Shown here: one piece after another, positions 38,301 to 51,195 of the stretch
Layout of the letters: every line of letters begins with the position of its first letter
Position numbering within the stretch: the stretch's first letter is position 1
Source: Rhina ancylostomus
Taxonomy: Eukaryota
Length of the DNA: 64,000 bases
NCBI GenBank assembly: GCA_030265395.1
Contig: JARFYF010000112.1
Coordinates: forward strand, 62,684,983 to 62,748,982
Direction of reading: 5' to 3'
The notes under the pieces: generated by a model
Database searches by the model: none
What the model saw: the letters and a program-made list of their open reading frames with translations, nothing else
Told to the model about the DNA's origin: nothing
Position numbers and translations under genes: made by a program

Positions 38301-41300
38301 CATCACCCATAGTGCTAGTCACAGTTTTACCATTGGTGGCAAAGCTGCTGACGAATAACAAGAAAATGGTGATTCTTCCCCACTCTCGTCCCCATTTTAC
38401 AGTTAATCGGTGTGGAAAAAGCTGTTGTCATAATGACTTAACGATGAACCCAGAACAAAAACAATAACACCCTGAAAAGTGGATTTCGATATTAGACTGA
38501 ACCCAGAAATGTCCACGTCATTTTGCTGCAGTTTTTGTGTGATGCATGAAGCCATTATCTCTGTTTGGCATTTTATTTTCTTTCTAGTCTGATAGATAAC
38601 ATCAAGGTGATTGCATCGTCAGTTACTTCCATCCCATCCAGGAAACTGAATGAAGTTGTTTGGCTGAGGAGAAGTCAGCCAAGGATGCCACTAATGATTG
38701 ACACAAGTTCCTTTTAGCATTGTACTTTAAGACAATTGCTTGATATTATTATTCACTTGCAAAATATCCTGATTTTGAGTTTACTGCTTTGATTTTAAAA
38801 AATGCATAATCTCTTGTACCACTTTTAGTTTTAACCCTTTCACCTCGATATCCATCTTTTAGGCCCCTAAAACCCAAAATTAACCATTGATTTGTGCTCT
38901 GTATTGTGTGTTATTCAACAAGACAACTTTATCCACCTTTAACAGAAAATTGTCTAATGATGCTTCATAATACTAAATGGTCTCTGACTGTGAGTTAAGT
39001 CAGGGTAGATGTAAGTAATGCTATGGAAATAGGAGTGATGGTCTTCGTGTTGGGGAAAGTTTTCTTTCCATTTGCCAATGTTTACCTTTTAAATTATGTT
39101 GCACTGAGTGCATGGAAAATATTTTATTTTAAATTGTATATACTTTACAAGAAATTCTTCACAGAAAACTCTTTTCTTATTCATTGTGATTTTAGGGCTG
39201 ATGTATCAGTCAAAATATGTTAAAGTCCTGATTTATGAGGGAAATGTGTTAATTTGTACATGCAATGAAGAATAGGCCAGTTCGAGTCCTCTAGAACTGA
39301 ACAGCTTAAAACACACTATATAGGTGAAAGTTCCATATTCTTTATAGTTATCTGCAAGACAGGATTACAATGACCTCGTATCCATTTTAAAATTCAAAAC
39401 AATTCACTGCGCCAGCATGATTGCACTTTTGCAGTACAAAAAGATTATCCTTAGTTCTGGTGCTAGGCATTCAGATGATTGCAAATCCAGGTAGTGAATT
39501 ATTTGAGGTCATTGGCTGAATGAATTAAACTTCATAAAATGCCAGATATTATTGCCCAGCCCCTAAAGTGGCTTTAGTTTTAGTGACAGGCAGCAACTCC
39601 ACGCAGAGAGTTCTTCCAAAGGATGAATGTAGAAATTATGTTCATTTAACTTGATTATTAGGATAATTGACCTAGTTATTGCACTGTGTTAACCAAAGTG
39701 TGCAAATTTGCTACAGGTTAATTATAATCCTGGATGAATCTTCAAAAGACTAAAATAAAAGTTTCCTTTGGTAATATAAATGAGTATGTTATGGTACACC
39801 TGTTCTTTTTATGTTGAGCATTTTTTTGTATTTGTATATAATTCTAGGAATAATTGCTCTTTTCATAAGATTTACTGCAAAATCTATTCATTGACAGCTC
39901 TGGCAACCCTTCTGAGACTTCCTGAACCATTGGCAATGACAAGACGGTTAAGTTTTCAGTATCTTCATTTGTTTTGTTGAGAACGAGTGGCAAGGTTTTA
40001 TTTGAGTTGGCATTGACCAGAGAAATGGTAGGTTTTCAAGTCAAGCCTCAAAAATGACAAATTTGATGAGAAATCCTGCCACCTTGTGGTGCTTTGTGAT
40101 AGCAAATTTCAAGTGTGTCAAAGACCAGTGCATGCCACTGTCATGAAATGTTACTTTGAAAAATGCAACTGCCAAGAAATTCAACCTTGGGCAGGAACAA
40201 TAAATACACCATATAATAGTATCAGTCCAGTATGGTCTGTCTAGAAAATCCTTTCAAATCTATAGGCTGATGCTACAGTGTTGTCCTTTTAATGTTGCTG
40301 ACTGAGGATAAACTTCTAGGTAACTCTTTGAAATCATTAAATCACAATGAACAGTGTATTTTTACACCACACCTCAAGTAATTTCTATATTTTAGAGTTT
40401 GCCATCTTTAATTTCTAAATGTACCTCCTATTAAGTGTTACCTTTGTCTCCATTTTTAAAACATGAAATTGTACTTTTGATTTGCTTTTGTATTTTTGTG
40501 TCTATAGTATATGATGGATCTACATGTATAACACAGCAATTTTTTTTAAATTGCTGGATCTTTTAAAGCTGGAGCGAGAATTGAGGCAGAAGTGGGTGAA
40601 GACTGTTTTCATTTTTCTTGAGAGAATAGAGTGATAGCATCGCTGTTTACCTATTGAGTATTTAAGTGATTGGCAAAATTAATGTAACCGCTCAAAAATA
40701 CTGGGAATAGTCCTTCAAATTCACCACTTTGTATAAGTCTTTGCTCTGTCATAGTGCAGAAGTATTTGTAGGGTGGGGAAAAGACAAATGGAAGAGTGTG
40801 AATGGAGCAAGAACCAAATCAGCTGGAAAATGTGTCCAGTTCATAAAAAAATCTCCTCTCTATGAAAAAACTGATAAGCCATTATTAAAGAGTTTGCAGA
40901 AGGAGCATCCCACATTTTAAAATGAAGGAAAATAGACACAGAGAATACTCTACCAGTAATGTTGTAGAATTGAGATTTAATACTGATCTCCTCCAGTGCA
41001 ATCCTTAAAATCATTTGGAATTGCTCATGTTAATATATCTACATTATTCATTCCACCCTTGGTTCATAGAAATGTGATATCAGAAATAGATTGTCCTATT
41101 TAGGATATGGTTCTTAAAGGATGTAACCTATCTGAAGTGGCATCTGCATGAATACTTAATATTTCCTTAACGTTTTTGTTTTCAATTTCCTCCTCTGTGG
41201 ACATTTTACTATAGCATGTTAAAATTTGGCAGACAGATGTTTACTAAAGTTCTGAAAAATTTTGAGCAGTTTGACATAAAATCATTTAAAATCCCTCAGG

Positions 41301-43334
41301 AGAGGAAATGCTAACAATGTTGATCCCTAATAATATGAGTACTATGAATAAAAATGTTTCTGATCTCGTGAGAAAATTGTGAAGAAAAAGAAACAGTCAC
41401 AATCAGTGCGCAGAGGAAAATAATTTAATTTGTGTAATATATGAAAGTAATTCCTGGACTCAGTAAGAGCAACAATTTTACTTGGAAGCTCCCATTACCA
41501 GATTGTAATGCAATAAAATTGTAAACATCTAAAGAACGGAAATTTAATACGAGATTTCTGTGGGAAGGAAAGAGTCAGCTTAAGTAAACATAAATGAGCT
41601 GTTCTATATTTAAACTGGTTGATGTGTTTGATTCAGTCTAGAAATATTAGTAAGTTAGAGCATTTTAATCTGTACAGGGTGTGTTTCATAATGAAAAGAT
41701 GACCTGGTGCTCTTTATTTTCTCTCTCAATATTGATGTTAAATTTCTATCCTTTCATCAATTCCCTTAAGACTAAAGGTATCAGTGAACGATGCAGTGCT
41801 TTCACATTTGATTACGATTGTCCCAAATATATGGTTTTACCAGTAGTCTTTTAAAAATGCTGGTTATGTTTTCAGCATTAAACTAAGATGGACTTGATTA
41901 AGATTAGAATAATGTAAATTGCAATCAGCTGCTTCTATGTTCACTGCCAATTTTTTTTTCCCTGATTGAGATAATGAGTTGTCCATTGTTTTATAACTAG
42001 CAGGCAATATTGTGCTGAGAGAGGATAGTGTACCCTTACTTCAGTAGGAAGCTGAGGATTAATGGTTGTTAGAGGAAGCTATTTTTGAAGTGTAATTTTG
42101 TTAAGCATTGATTTTATTTCTGAATGTGATTTCATCACTTTACGTGATCCAACTTCATAAATTATATTCATGAATGCTGAACTTTTTGAGTTTGGCTTCG
42201 AAGAACATTAAATAAACATAGGAAATTGTTCTGGAGCTCATTTCTGTATTCTGAAAATTGGGGTCAAGAGGAATGCATTTTCTCATATGAAGTTTATATT
42301 GCATATGACATGATTCTGTTGCAAAGTGAGAAGCATGCACTAAAGAGGACTACTGTGTACTTTGTTATTCAAAGCAGAAAAGTAGAATGAAACACACTCA
42401 CTGAGACAGACCATAGTTTTGCTACAGGGATTTCTCCGAGATCCCATTGAGTTCAGTGATAAGGAGAAATGTGCTTTCTTTTATGTTCAGATTTTTGACT
42501 TTTTTAATGTTAAATAATTTGCTTTCTCCTTACAATAAAATTATTGATCACTTTATGTTTGAAAAAAATTCCTAAGACATCTTCTGGACCATAGGGACAT
42601 TTAAATTTCATCTTAAGTTAACTTAGTTAATTTCAACTGAGTATGCCCATGATGTGGTTAAAAGGACCTGGCCAAGCTCCAGACTTCAGTGGGCCCAAGA
42701 CCCATGACAAAATGCAATTCTTAACTAGGATTGATGCATTTTGTAGCTTAGAATTCAAGAATGCAGTGCCTTCCTCAGTCCAGAACCTAGTACTTATTGT
42801 TCATTCAATCTGGCAAATATAAGTATCTGGAGTTTACTTTAAACAGATCTGTAAGACTATATTTGTAAATGAGTCCATTAACATGGAACTGAATTTTGGA
42901 GATAGATATGATGCAGTGACAGTACTGTATTGGCCTTTTATAGATACTGACCAGGAATGAATTTCCAGGCAGCACTTCTTTAATTTCTAAGCATATATTG
43001 GCAAAAGCAGTGCACGCAGGAAGTGAGATTGCCTTTGCTGTGCTGGGCAGTGACACATGATGAGGTTTTATTTGCAGCATTTGAAAATTTCCTGGCATAA
43101 ATCATTGACATGTTCTCCAAATTATTTAGCAGCAGTAGTTAGCAATATTCTCAATGGCTGAAAATGGGTCAGCTAGACAGAGCAAAAGAAAAATTGAACT
43201 ATAGCTCCTTTATGTGAGCTAATAAGTTGTTCTGCATTTTCATTAAAGATTTAAAAGGGTGATACAAGTAGCTTTTTAACCAATAACACATTTGGTAATG
43301 CAGGATGTGGTATACATCAGAAAGATGGAGGTGC

Positions 43335-44730
43335 CTGTAACCAGGAGGATTTTAATCTACATATAGACTAGGCAAACCAAATTAGCAGCAGTGCTGTGGA
43401 GGATAAATCCATGGACTGTTTTAGAGATGGTTTGCTAGATCAGTATATTGAAGAACCAATGAGGGAACTGACTATTTTAGATATAGTATTGTGTATCAAG
43501 TAAATTTAAAGGCAGTGTTAGATGAAAAGGAAAGGTTTATAATGATACCAAACAAGCAGTAAGCCTGAGAACTGGGAATTTGCAATTCAGCAAAGGAGGA
43601 CCTTGGCACTGATAATAAAGGGGAAAGTAGAATACAAGAATAATCTAGCAAAAATTGTTAAAAAAGACTATTAGCTAATGGGGGCTCCTTACCAATGAGC
43701 ATAAGGAAATGGCAGTGAAATTAAATACATATTTTGTCTGTTTTAAAATGCTGTTATCTATTCTCATTTGGTAACGGGGACTTGGAAAATAATAATCTGA
43801 TAATTTATGATGGTGAAATCATGTTTGACAAATCTGTTGGAGTTTTTTGAGTGTGTACCTAGCTTAATATATAAGAGTGAACCAAGTAAAGTGTATTTAG
43901 ACTTCCTAAAGGCCTTCTATAAGGTCTCACGGAAAAGATTTAGTTGAGGAGAATCCATGGTGGCTTCAGGGGGATATAGACTGGTTCAGTGAATGGACAA
44001 GAACATGGCAAATGGAATATAATGTGGGGTTAAAAAAGTGAAGCTGTACACTTTGGTAACAAAAGTAGAATCCCATTGTATATTGTTAATGGTGAGAAAG
44101 TGTTGCTGTTCTGAGAAACCTGTGTGACCTTAAACGCAAATTACTAAAAATTAAGATGGTGACAATAAGAAATTAGCAAGGCAAATGATATATTGGCCTT
44201 TGTTACAAGAATATTTGAGGGCAAGAGTCGAAATAAATTGTTCCAATTACACAGGACATTGGTCAGGTCTCCTAACCCAAGGAAGGATATATTTGAAATA
44301 AAGTGCACTAGAGGTTTACCAGATTGAATCTGTTTTTTTTGTTTGAGGAGAGATTAAACAGAATGAGATTATAGTCTTTCAACTTCAGAAGAATAAGAGA
44401 TGATCTCAGTGAAACTTACAAAATTCATGTGGGACTTGACAAAGTAGATTTAGAAATATTGTTTCCTCTTGCTGAGGTATCTAAAAACAGGTCATGTGTT
44501 GCAAACTAAGGAGTCAATCATTCAGGTCACAGACGAGACGAATGTTATCACCCAATGGAGTGGTGAATTTTTGGAATTCTCTGCTCAAGAGCGGTGGAAG
44601 TCTATTTCTTGAGTCTGTTCAATAGTGGATTTTTAGATATTAATGGAACCAAGAGATATTGGCTTAGTGTGGGGAAATTGGTAGTGAGTAAAAATGGCCT
44701 AATCCTGCTTTACTTATTTCTTATGATTCT
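43335..44730 (+). mobile_element. Old CR1 LINE with multiple internal deletions (endonuclease to 3' UTR)
   Basis: Endonuclease peptide DFNLHID*ANQI..MDCFRDGLLDQYIEEPMRELTILDIVLC, RT blocks KSCLTNLLEFFE and YLDFLKAFYKVS, and C-terminal/3' UTR remnants. Confidence 0.85.
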
Positions 44731-45779
44731 ATCCTATTTTTGATTCTGTTTCTGCCTGTGAACATACTGATTTGCCACCTCAGTAACTAAATGTATGTTT
44801 AGATAGTCAGCAAATATTAGTGACCTCCTCAGCAGACCCGAATTTCGTTTACAAAAAATTTTATTTTGGCATCATAATCTTCCCTTATTGCTTTAAGGAT
44901 TAGCTAAACTTCGATGACATAGAATGTGCAAATAAAACTTCACTTTATTGTGCCACCTTTGAACGAGTATTGTTGTTTCCATTAGCTGTGTATATCTGAG
45001 CGTACATGTTTGTGCTTCATCAGATGAGAACATTTTAGGACAGTTTTATTACAATTTTCAAATTAGCAACCATACAAGTATTGTTAGTAAATTAATAGAT
45101 TCAGAAGAAAGGGAAGGAAAGTTGGAAGACAGTACATTCTTCATGCTCTTCCCAGTTCTGTTTAAGATAAATATGTATAATGATCTACAAATGCTTCATT
45201 GAAAAACACAAATTCAAACAGTTGTGCAGGAAACTTTGTGGTAGTAGTTTTCTAATGCACATGCATGCAGTATATCACACAAAGTGGAATTGCAAATTTG
45301 GGCCTCCTGTGTAGCTGCACACAGAACAACCCATTTATTGTAAAACACAAATTGACCTCCCACCATGGTGAGAGCTTAATAAATAGTGTGGCTGTATGGA
45401 GGCAGATTTGCACTGAAGTCATAGGAGGATGGGACCAGATGCCAAGGGTTTCCAGGATTTCATGCTTTTGGAGGTGAGCATCTGAACTAGAGTTCATAGT
45501 CATTGGGTCACCACTACCAAACCCAGCCTCACCACCACCAAGGTCGAAGAAGGACAAATCTAGAGGATTCAGAGCCTCACTGCCAATTTCCCAACTTGCC
45601 TCAAGTAAAGACAGACTTAAACAAATGGTTCATCATTTGAAGTCCATGTCATTTCTAAAGCATGCAATAATGTTTTAGTGGTGTCATGAATCTTGCTTTG
45701 CATACAGACTGATATCCCAGCTGCCTGCCCAGCCATCTTTTTCATGAAGTGACACTCGCTTATCGACAGAAAAAAGTTC

Positions 45780-45885
45780 TCATTTGGATGAAAAGTTATT
45801 GTCCTAAAACATTACTCCTTTTTTTCTCTCTCTACAGATGCTGCTTGACCTGCTGAGTAGTTTCAGATTTGTTTTTTGTTTTTAT
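45780..45885 (+). mobile_element. Old Penelope-like terminal-repeat fragment, hammerhead motif heavily decayed
   Basis: GGATGA-aaagttattgtcct-AAAAC-ATT, then ctctctctacagatgctgcttgacctgctgagta. Confidence 0.55.
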
Positions 45886-47969
45886 TCCATTGATTTATCC
45901 CTTGTTTGTGCATTCATATCTTGGTTTCTGTAGGTGGTGTTGTGGTGCTGTGCAAGATTGGACTTGTACTAAACTACGAGTTTGACGATAACAGCATTAG
46001 GATGCAAAGCAGAGTTAGCAAGATCAGAGTTACATTGTGAGTTGTAATTCTCACAGTATCACCGGAGTGAGCTTTAAGCATGTTCTTCTGCTGGAGTAGA
46101 TTTTGTTCCCCTTTGACTGCTATTAGATGTTGGTGGGCAGTGTTGCCTAACCAGCACACATATAAGATTTTTCAAATAAAACACCAACTAAGCACTCACT
46201 AACTCTAGATTCACAGGAATTGCCAAGCCGTGGTGGTCTTGAGAGAACCCACATCATGAAGTTTTATTGCATTCCAGAGTCAGATTAGCTCTAAGTACTG
46301 AGCTATGCTTGGGGTTTCACATTTCTGCACTCAAAACAAATTTGCATCACTCTATAATTTACAACGTTATGTAGATGGACTTACTTGAATCCCATTATCT
46401 CAGATAAAATTGAGTCTTGGTCTGAATGCAGGACAAGTTGATCCTAGAAAAAAAAATGAATCCTGACCTGCATTGCTTCATACCTAGCTAGGTAGGTAGC
46501 TATTATTTCCCAGATGTTTTGGCTCTTGATCAGCTCTCAACTGGTTCCAAGTATCCACTTCTAGTGAAGTTGATAGAAAGTTCAAGAAAGCCATTCATTA
46601 TTCATGCAGCAAAGGTAGGAATTAGAGTTAAGAATTGTAAATCTCTATTGAGCTAGAATTATAAATTGGGGATGTTTAGTCTATAGTCCAATATATATGC
46701 ATGCAAATACATTCTTGAGACTGTGCTCTGGAGATGGAACAACCTTGAATGGATATTAGCCTCTCTTTGATATTTTTTTCAGCTAAAATGAAGGCTTTAA
46801 TCCATTGAGAAAATAATTAGTTGTGGGCACATGACAATAATATTTTCATTCCTATAATGCTCTAGAATGGCATTTTTTTTTCACTTTCGTATCTGGTATC
46901 CGCATCAAATCTACTTCAGCAAGCAGACATTTTAGTTTCTGACCCAGCCTCAAAAACATGCTAAACTGCAGTGATGTAAATTTTACCATCCACCTTTTTT
47001 GTCCTTTGGAGTAAGATTGCATCTTGTTGGGAGATTTGTTCTGCAAAATCATTTGAATTGGAAATTGTATTTTTTTTAAAATAAAGAAGTGGGTTAATTT
47101 GAATCAACAAAAAAGAACCAGCTATCACTTTAGGCTAGATTTAAATCTATGTTTCAATGACAGAATGATGGTAAACCCATCATTGTTGCATCTACTTTGC
47201 TTTATTAAATATTAATTTATACTTGCATATCAGTTGAATAGTACTTCACACTTTTACATTAGTATCCTTGCTGGCGGGAATACTAATTTAAGACCCTACT
47301 TTTTTGATGCAATAATTCAAATACAGTTTTCATGTAACCAAGACTGTGAAAACTTGATGCCTTTGAACATAAAGCCAGATTGTACTAAATGGAAAATGAG
47401 GGAAAATTGAAAACAATGTACAGCTTGAAAGGTTAATCTGCGTCATATGCAAGCAAGTTCTCTTGCAGCAATAATCTCTTGCATTGTTGTTTGTGCAGGT
47501 TATCCAATATTTAATTTTACTTGTAGTATACAGATTTATGTGGCATGGAATTGGGCTGTTCTAACCCATGGGTGTTTATACTCTATATAAGCCCTTTCCC
47601 ATTCCAGTTACTATTTTCAAACCTGCTCTGTGTTATTCCTTTTCTCTGTGTGTGCATGTAATCTTTTTTAATTGATGGAATATGGTTGAACAACTGTAGA
47701 GGGTTAGTACAATATAATCATCAGTAACTCAAAGAATTCAGGTGGAATTGACAAAAGCTGTGGAAGTCAGTATCTTGTGGAACAGTTGAGAAACATTCTG
47801 GTCATTCAATGCCTGTGTAATTTTAAAGACCTATGCAATATCTTTATTCCAGAGAAAAGAGCTCCAGTTTTCTCTTTGGTAATCCAATTGCTATTTGTTT
47901 GTAAATTTTTTGTATTTTCTAACAAATTCCACTTTAACAAATGCTAATGGAATAAATTGCACATCTTAA

Positions 47970-48116
47970 GGAACTTTAAGAGGCATTTAGACAGGCAATG
48001 AACAGGCAGATGGATCATGTACAGGCAGATGGGATTAGTTTAAATTAGCATTAAGGTTGGAACAGACATCATGGGCTGAAGGGCCTGTTCCTCTGTTGTA
48101 CTGTTCTGTGTTCTAA
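47970..48116 (+). mobile_element. CR1 3' end
   Basis: tttaagaggcatttagacaggca..catgggctgaagggcctgttcctctgttgtactgttctgtgttcta. Confidence 0.85.
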
Positions 48117-48184
48117 CATACCTTTCAAGAAACGGCAGGAGCTGAAGTGATTGTCAAAGGATGCTTTAAATAGATATGTATTCT

Positions 48185-48332
48185 ATTAAGAGTCTATTGG
48201 ATAGGTACATGCAGCTGAGTAAAATAGAGGGCTATGGGTAAGCCTAGTAATTTCTAGGGTTAGGGACATGTTCAGCACAGCTTTGTGGGCCGAAGGGCCT
48301 GAATTGTGCTGTAGTTTTTCTATGTTCTATGT
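48185..48332 (+). mobile_element. CR1 3' end (different subfamily)
   Basis: ttggataggtacatg..gtgggccgaagggcctgaattgtgctgtag..ttctatgttctatg tail. Confidence 0.85.
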
Positions 48333-50644
48333 ACTTAAAAGAAATTGTCATCACAGTGCTTGTGCTATGGCAGAAGCATTTGAAATACTAGGCAAATGAA
48401 AGAGTGCTTTAAAAATATTTTCACCACTTTCTGTGTGAATGTTAATGGAACTCTGCATCTATGCAGCTAATATCAAACAGAATTTACAAGCTGTGACCAG
48501 CATTTTCTGTGGAGACGAAACATGTTAATTGCCAGCAGTCAGGGAGAATCCGCTCCATTTCATCATGGAAACTAAATATTGGATTTGATTGTTTGTGTTA
48601 TTTGCATGTTTCCTTTGCAATTTGTTGTTAAGTGTTCAAGTTTCCTGTCAGTTTCTTTGAATTACAAGCATCTAATCCAGATGTAATGTGCAGTGAACTG
48701 ACTACTTTCTTCTGGAAAGAAAAAGCTGCAAATATTTCCCACCTTTATTGTATTGGCAAAATCAAATGAGCAAATGGAGTACTGAATTGTGCATTTGGCA
48801 TATTTCCATTCAATACCAACACAGATGGCTCTGTTGTTGCAGCGGAGGCAGAAATACTACATTAATGTTTAAAGGGATTAAAAATTCTCTTGGCAGTAGT
48901 GGCATATGTTACCACTTAATTGTTGCATTGGATGCTTCCCCTGCTGTTACAAAACCTTCAGTCATTTTGCCTGCTTATAAACTATTGAGACTCTCACATT
49001 TAAACCAAGCTTTTGACAACCTTTGTGTTTTGCTAGTGTATTCATACATCTTATAAGCTGTCAATGGCTTGTAATAGAACCACATAACATGAGGCATTAC
49101 CTAATGTAGCAGTACATGCACAAGAAACTTACTTGTCTTGCATTTAAAGTGGGTAGAATTTTGAAAGTTCTGTCCTAATGTGATCCACACCATCTTTGTA
49201 AACAGAAGATCAAATCAAGTAGTGAAAGTTAAACTAAAATGTAATTTCATTCATCCAAATAATAGATTACAAAATATAAATGTTTTTTTAATTTGATTCT
49301 TGCAATGTTCAGATGGAGAAACAGATGAATTGCAGTTGCATTTGTTTCATTTCTTAATTATGTAGGACCATGGTTTATTGTTCTAGCATTATTGACATGA
49401 TGTAAATGGTCAAGGTTTATATTTGTGCCAGCACGTAGATTGTGAACAGATTTATTGGCATGTGAGAATGCAGAGGTAAATGTTAAGTGCATAAAGATCT
49501 GATCCTTTAAAATATGTGTTAAATAGTTAAGAGTTAAGATTATTTCTGCATTCTGTTAATGCCATTTGGTATTTTCCAAGAATTAGTGTGACTCATTTAA
49601 AGACCAAATGTTAAACAGTTTTCCACTGTAAAGGTTAATGCACCCATTTTGCTCTTTCCTGTTGCAAATAATGGTTACATGCAGGGTAAGGTATTTTAAT
49701 ATTAACTTGGCCAGTATGACATTTAGGTGTGAGGAAGAAATAATGCCTTGCATCCAAAGGAACAATAATGTAATGCAGTCCTTTACAGCAGCATCCATGT
49801 CTTTTTTTTTCATTTTAGTCAGCAGAACATATTGTTCTGGATATTACATGCCACTTTTTGGGTGTTTACTGAGCAGCTAACCCTGCAATGTGGTGGCCAA
49901 GAGTTTTGCAGTCAGTATCAAATGAAAGCAAGTTTGCAGAGTGCCTATATTTTTGCCAGTGTAGGTAAAGGTATAGGTTAAAACATACAGTAGGCACTCT
50001 GGACTCTTGTAGGTTCAGATAGTGAGGATAAATCCGTTTGAAGCATCCAGTGCAAAATCCAGATTTACAGCTGATGTACTTAGCCCAACTTGTGGTCCTT
50101 AATGGGACATCCAAAAAAAGGTAAATTTATGAAAATAACAATGTGGAGCCCAGAGGAGCAAAAACCCACTAAAACCGGCTGCTTCCAGATTACCTTCCAT
50201 TCCTCCTTCATCTTGTTTGACTCCCCTGCCCCCACCCCCACAAACCCCAAATTTTATCTTCTTTCCCTTATAGACCTACCTGCTGCTAACAATAGGTGTG
50301 GCAGCTTGATCTAAACTCCATGCTGTTTAATCCTGTCAGTGGACATGTATTTAATTTTTTCACCTCATTATACTATTTAGTTTTATGTCTGTTCCCCACA
50401 CCCATAAATTGTAGTTATTTTTGATTCCCTCAGCACATAAGGTAAACATGCATGTCATATCCATCTCACCCATGAAATCAACGATAGTTAATACTGAGCT
50501 AAAAGTGAATATGTGAGCAATCACATCAGATTGCATAGTTGTTACTTCCTATGCAACGTATTCACTGTATATGTTTCAAGTTGATAAATATGGCTAAAAT
50601 ATTTAATTCTTTCATCAGAACTGAAATGCACCAGGTCTTGGTCT

Positions 50645-51195
50645 GTATATAAATATAGAATTCTCTAATTTCAGATAACCTGCTCTCTCTTCTGTTCTAC
50701 CCAGGTCCTCTCTCACGCACACCCTTCTTTCCAGCCCCCACCACCTGTCACCCAGTTTCTTTCACTCTGTCTACCCATCACCCACACACTTCTCCCACTG
50801 GGCCCCTCCCCACACTGTTTCTGCCTGCCCACCCCAGCTCTCTTACTTGGTTCCATTCTTCACCTTCTTTTCATCAGTCAGATTCCATAATCTGCAGCCC
50901 TTTTGTTGTTTCCACCCATCACCTCCCAGCCTCTGTCACTTTCTCCAACCCTTCTCTCCCCCACCTGACTCCATCTGCTAATAAACCCCTCCTAACTTGG
51001 ACCCTTGCCAGCTCTTGCCCCAACCCTCACTGCTTATTCAGGCTATCTCCCCACTACTCCTTTAACCCAGATGAAGGGTCTCATCCAGAAACATCAACTA
51101 CCTTTTTCCTTCCACAGATGCTGTCTGACTTGCCGAGCTCCTCCAGCAGTTCGTTTTTGCTCCATATTCCAGCATCTGCAGTTGCTTGTGTCTCC
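50645..51195 (+). mobile_element. Penelope-like element 3' end: last ORF codons, C/T-rich UTR, hammerhead-bearing terminal repeat
   Basis: 50649-50678 encodes INIEFSNFR*, similar to the recalled G(M/L)NxxF end of PLE GIY-YIG ORFs. A ~380-bp pyrimidine-rich UTR follows, then CAGATGA-agggtctcatcca-GAAAC-ATC at 51068-51095 and the complete tail to gtgtctcc. Confidence 0.75.

Noticed and set aside
45252-45660. GC-richer patch with ORFs on both strands (MSFFDLGGGEAGFGSG..)
   Set aside because: No recognisable domain or convincing splice sites; cannot be supported as an exon.
46481-46494. Perfect 14-bp palindrome tacctagctaggta
   Set aside because: A few palindromes of this length are expected by chance in 64 kb.
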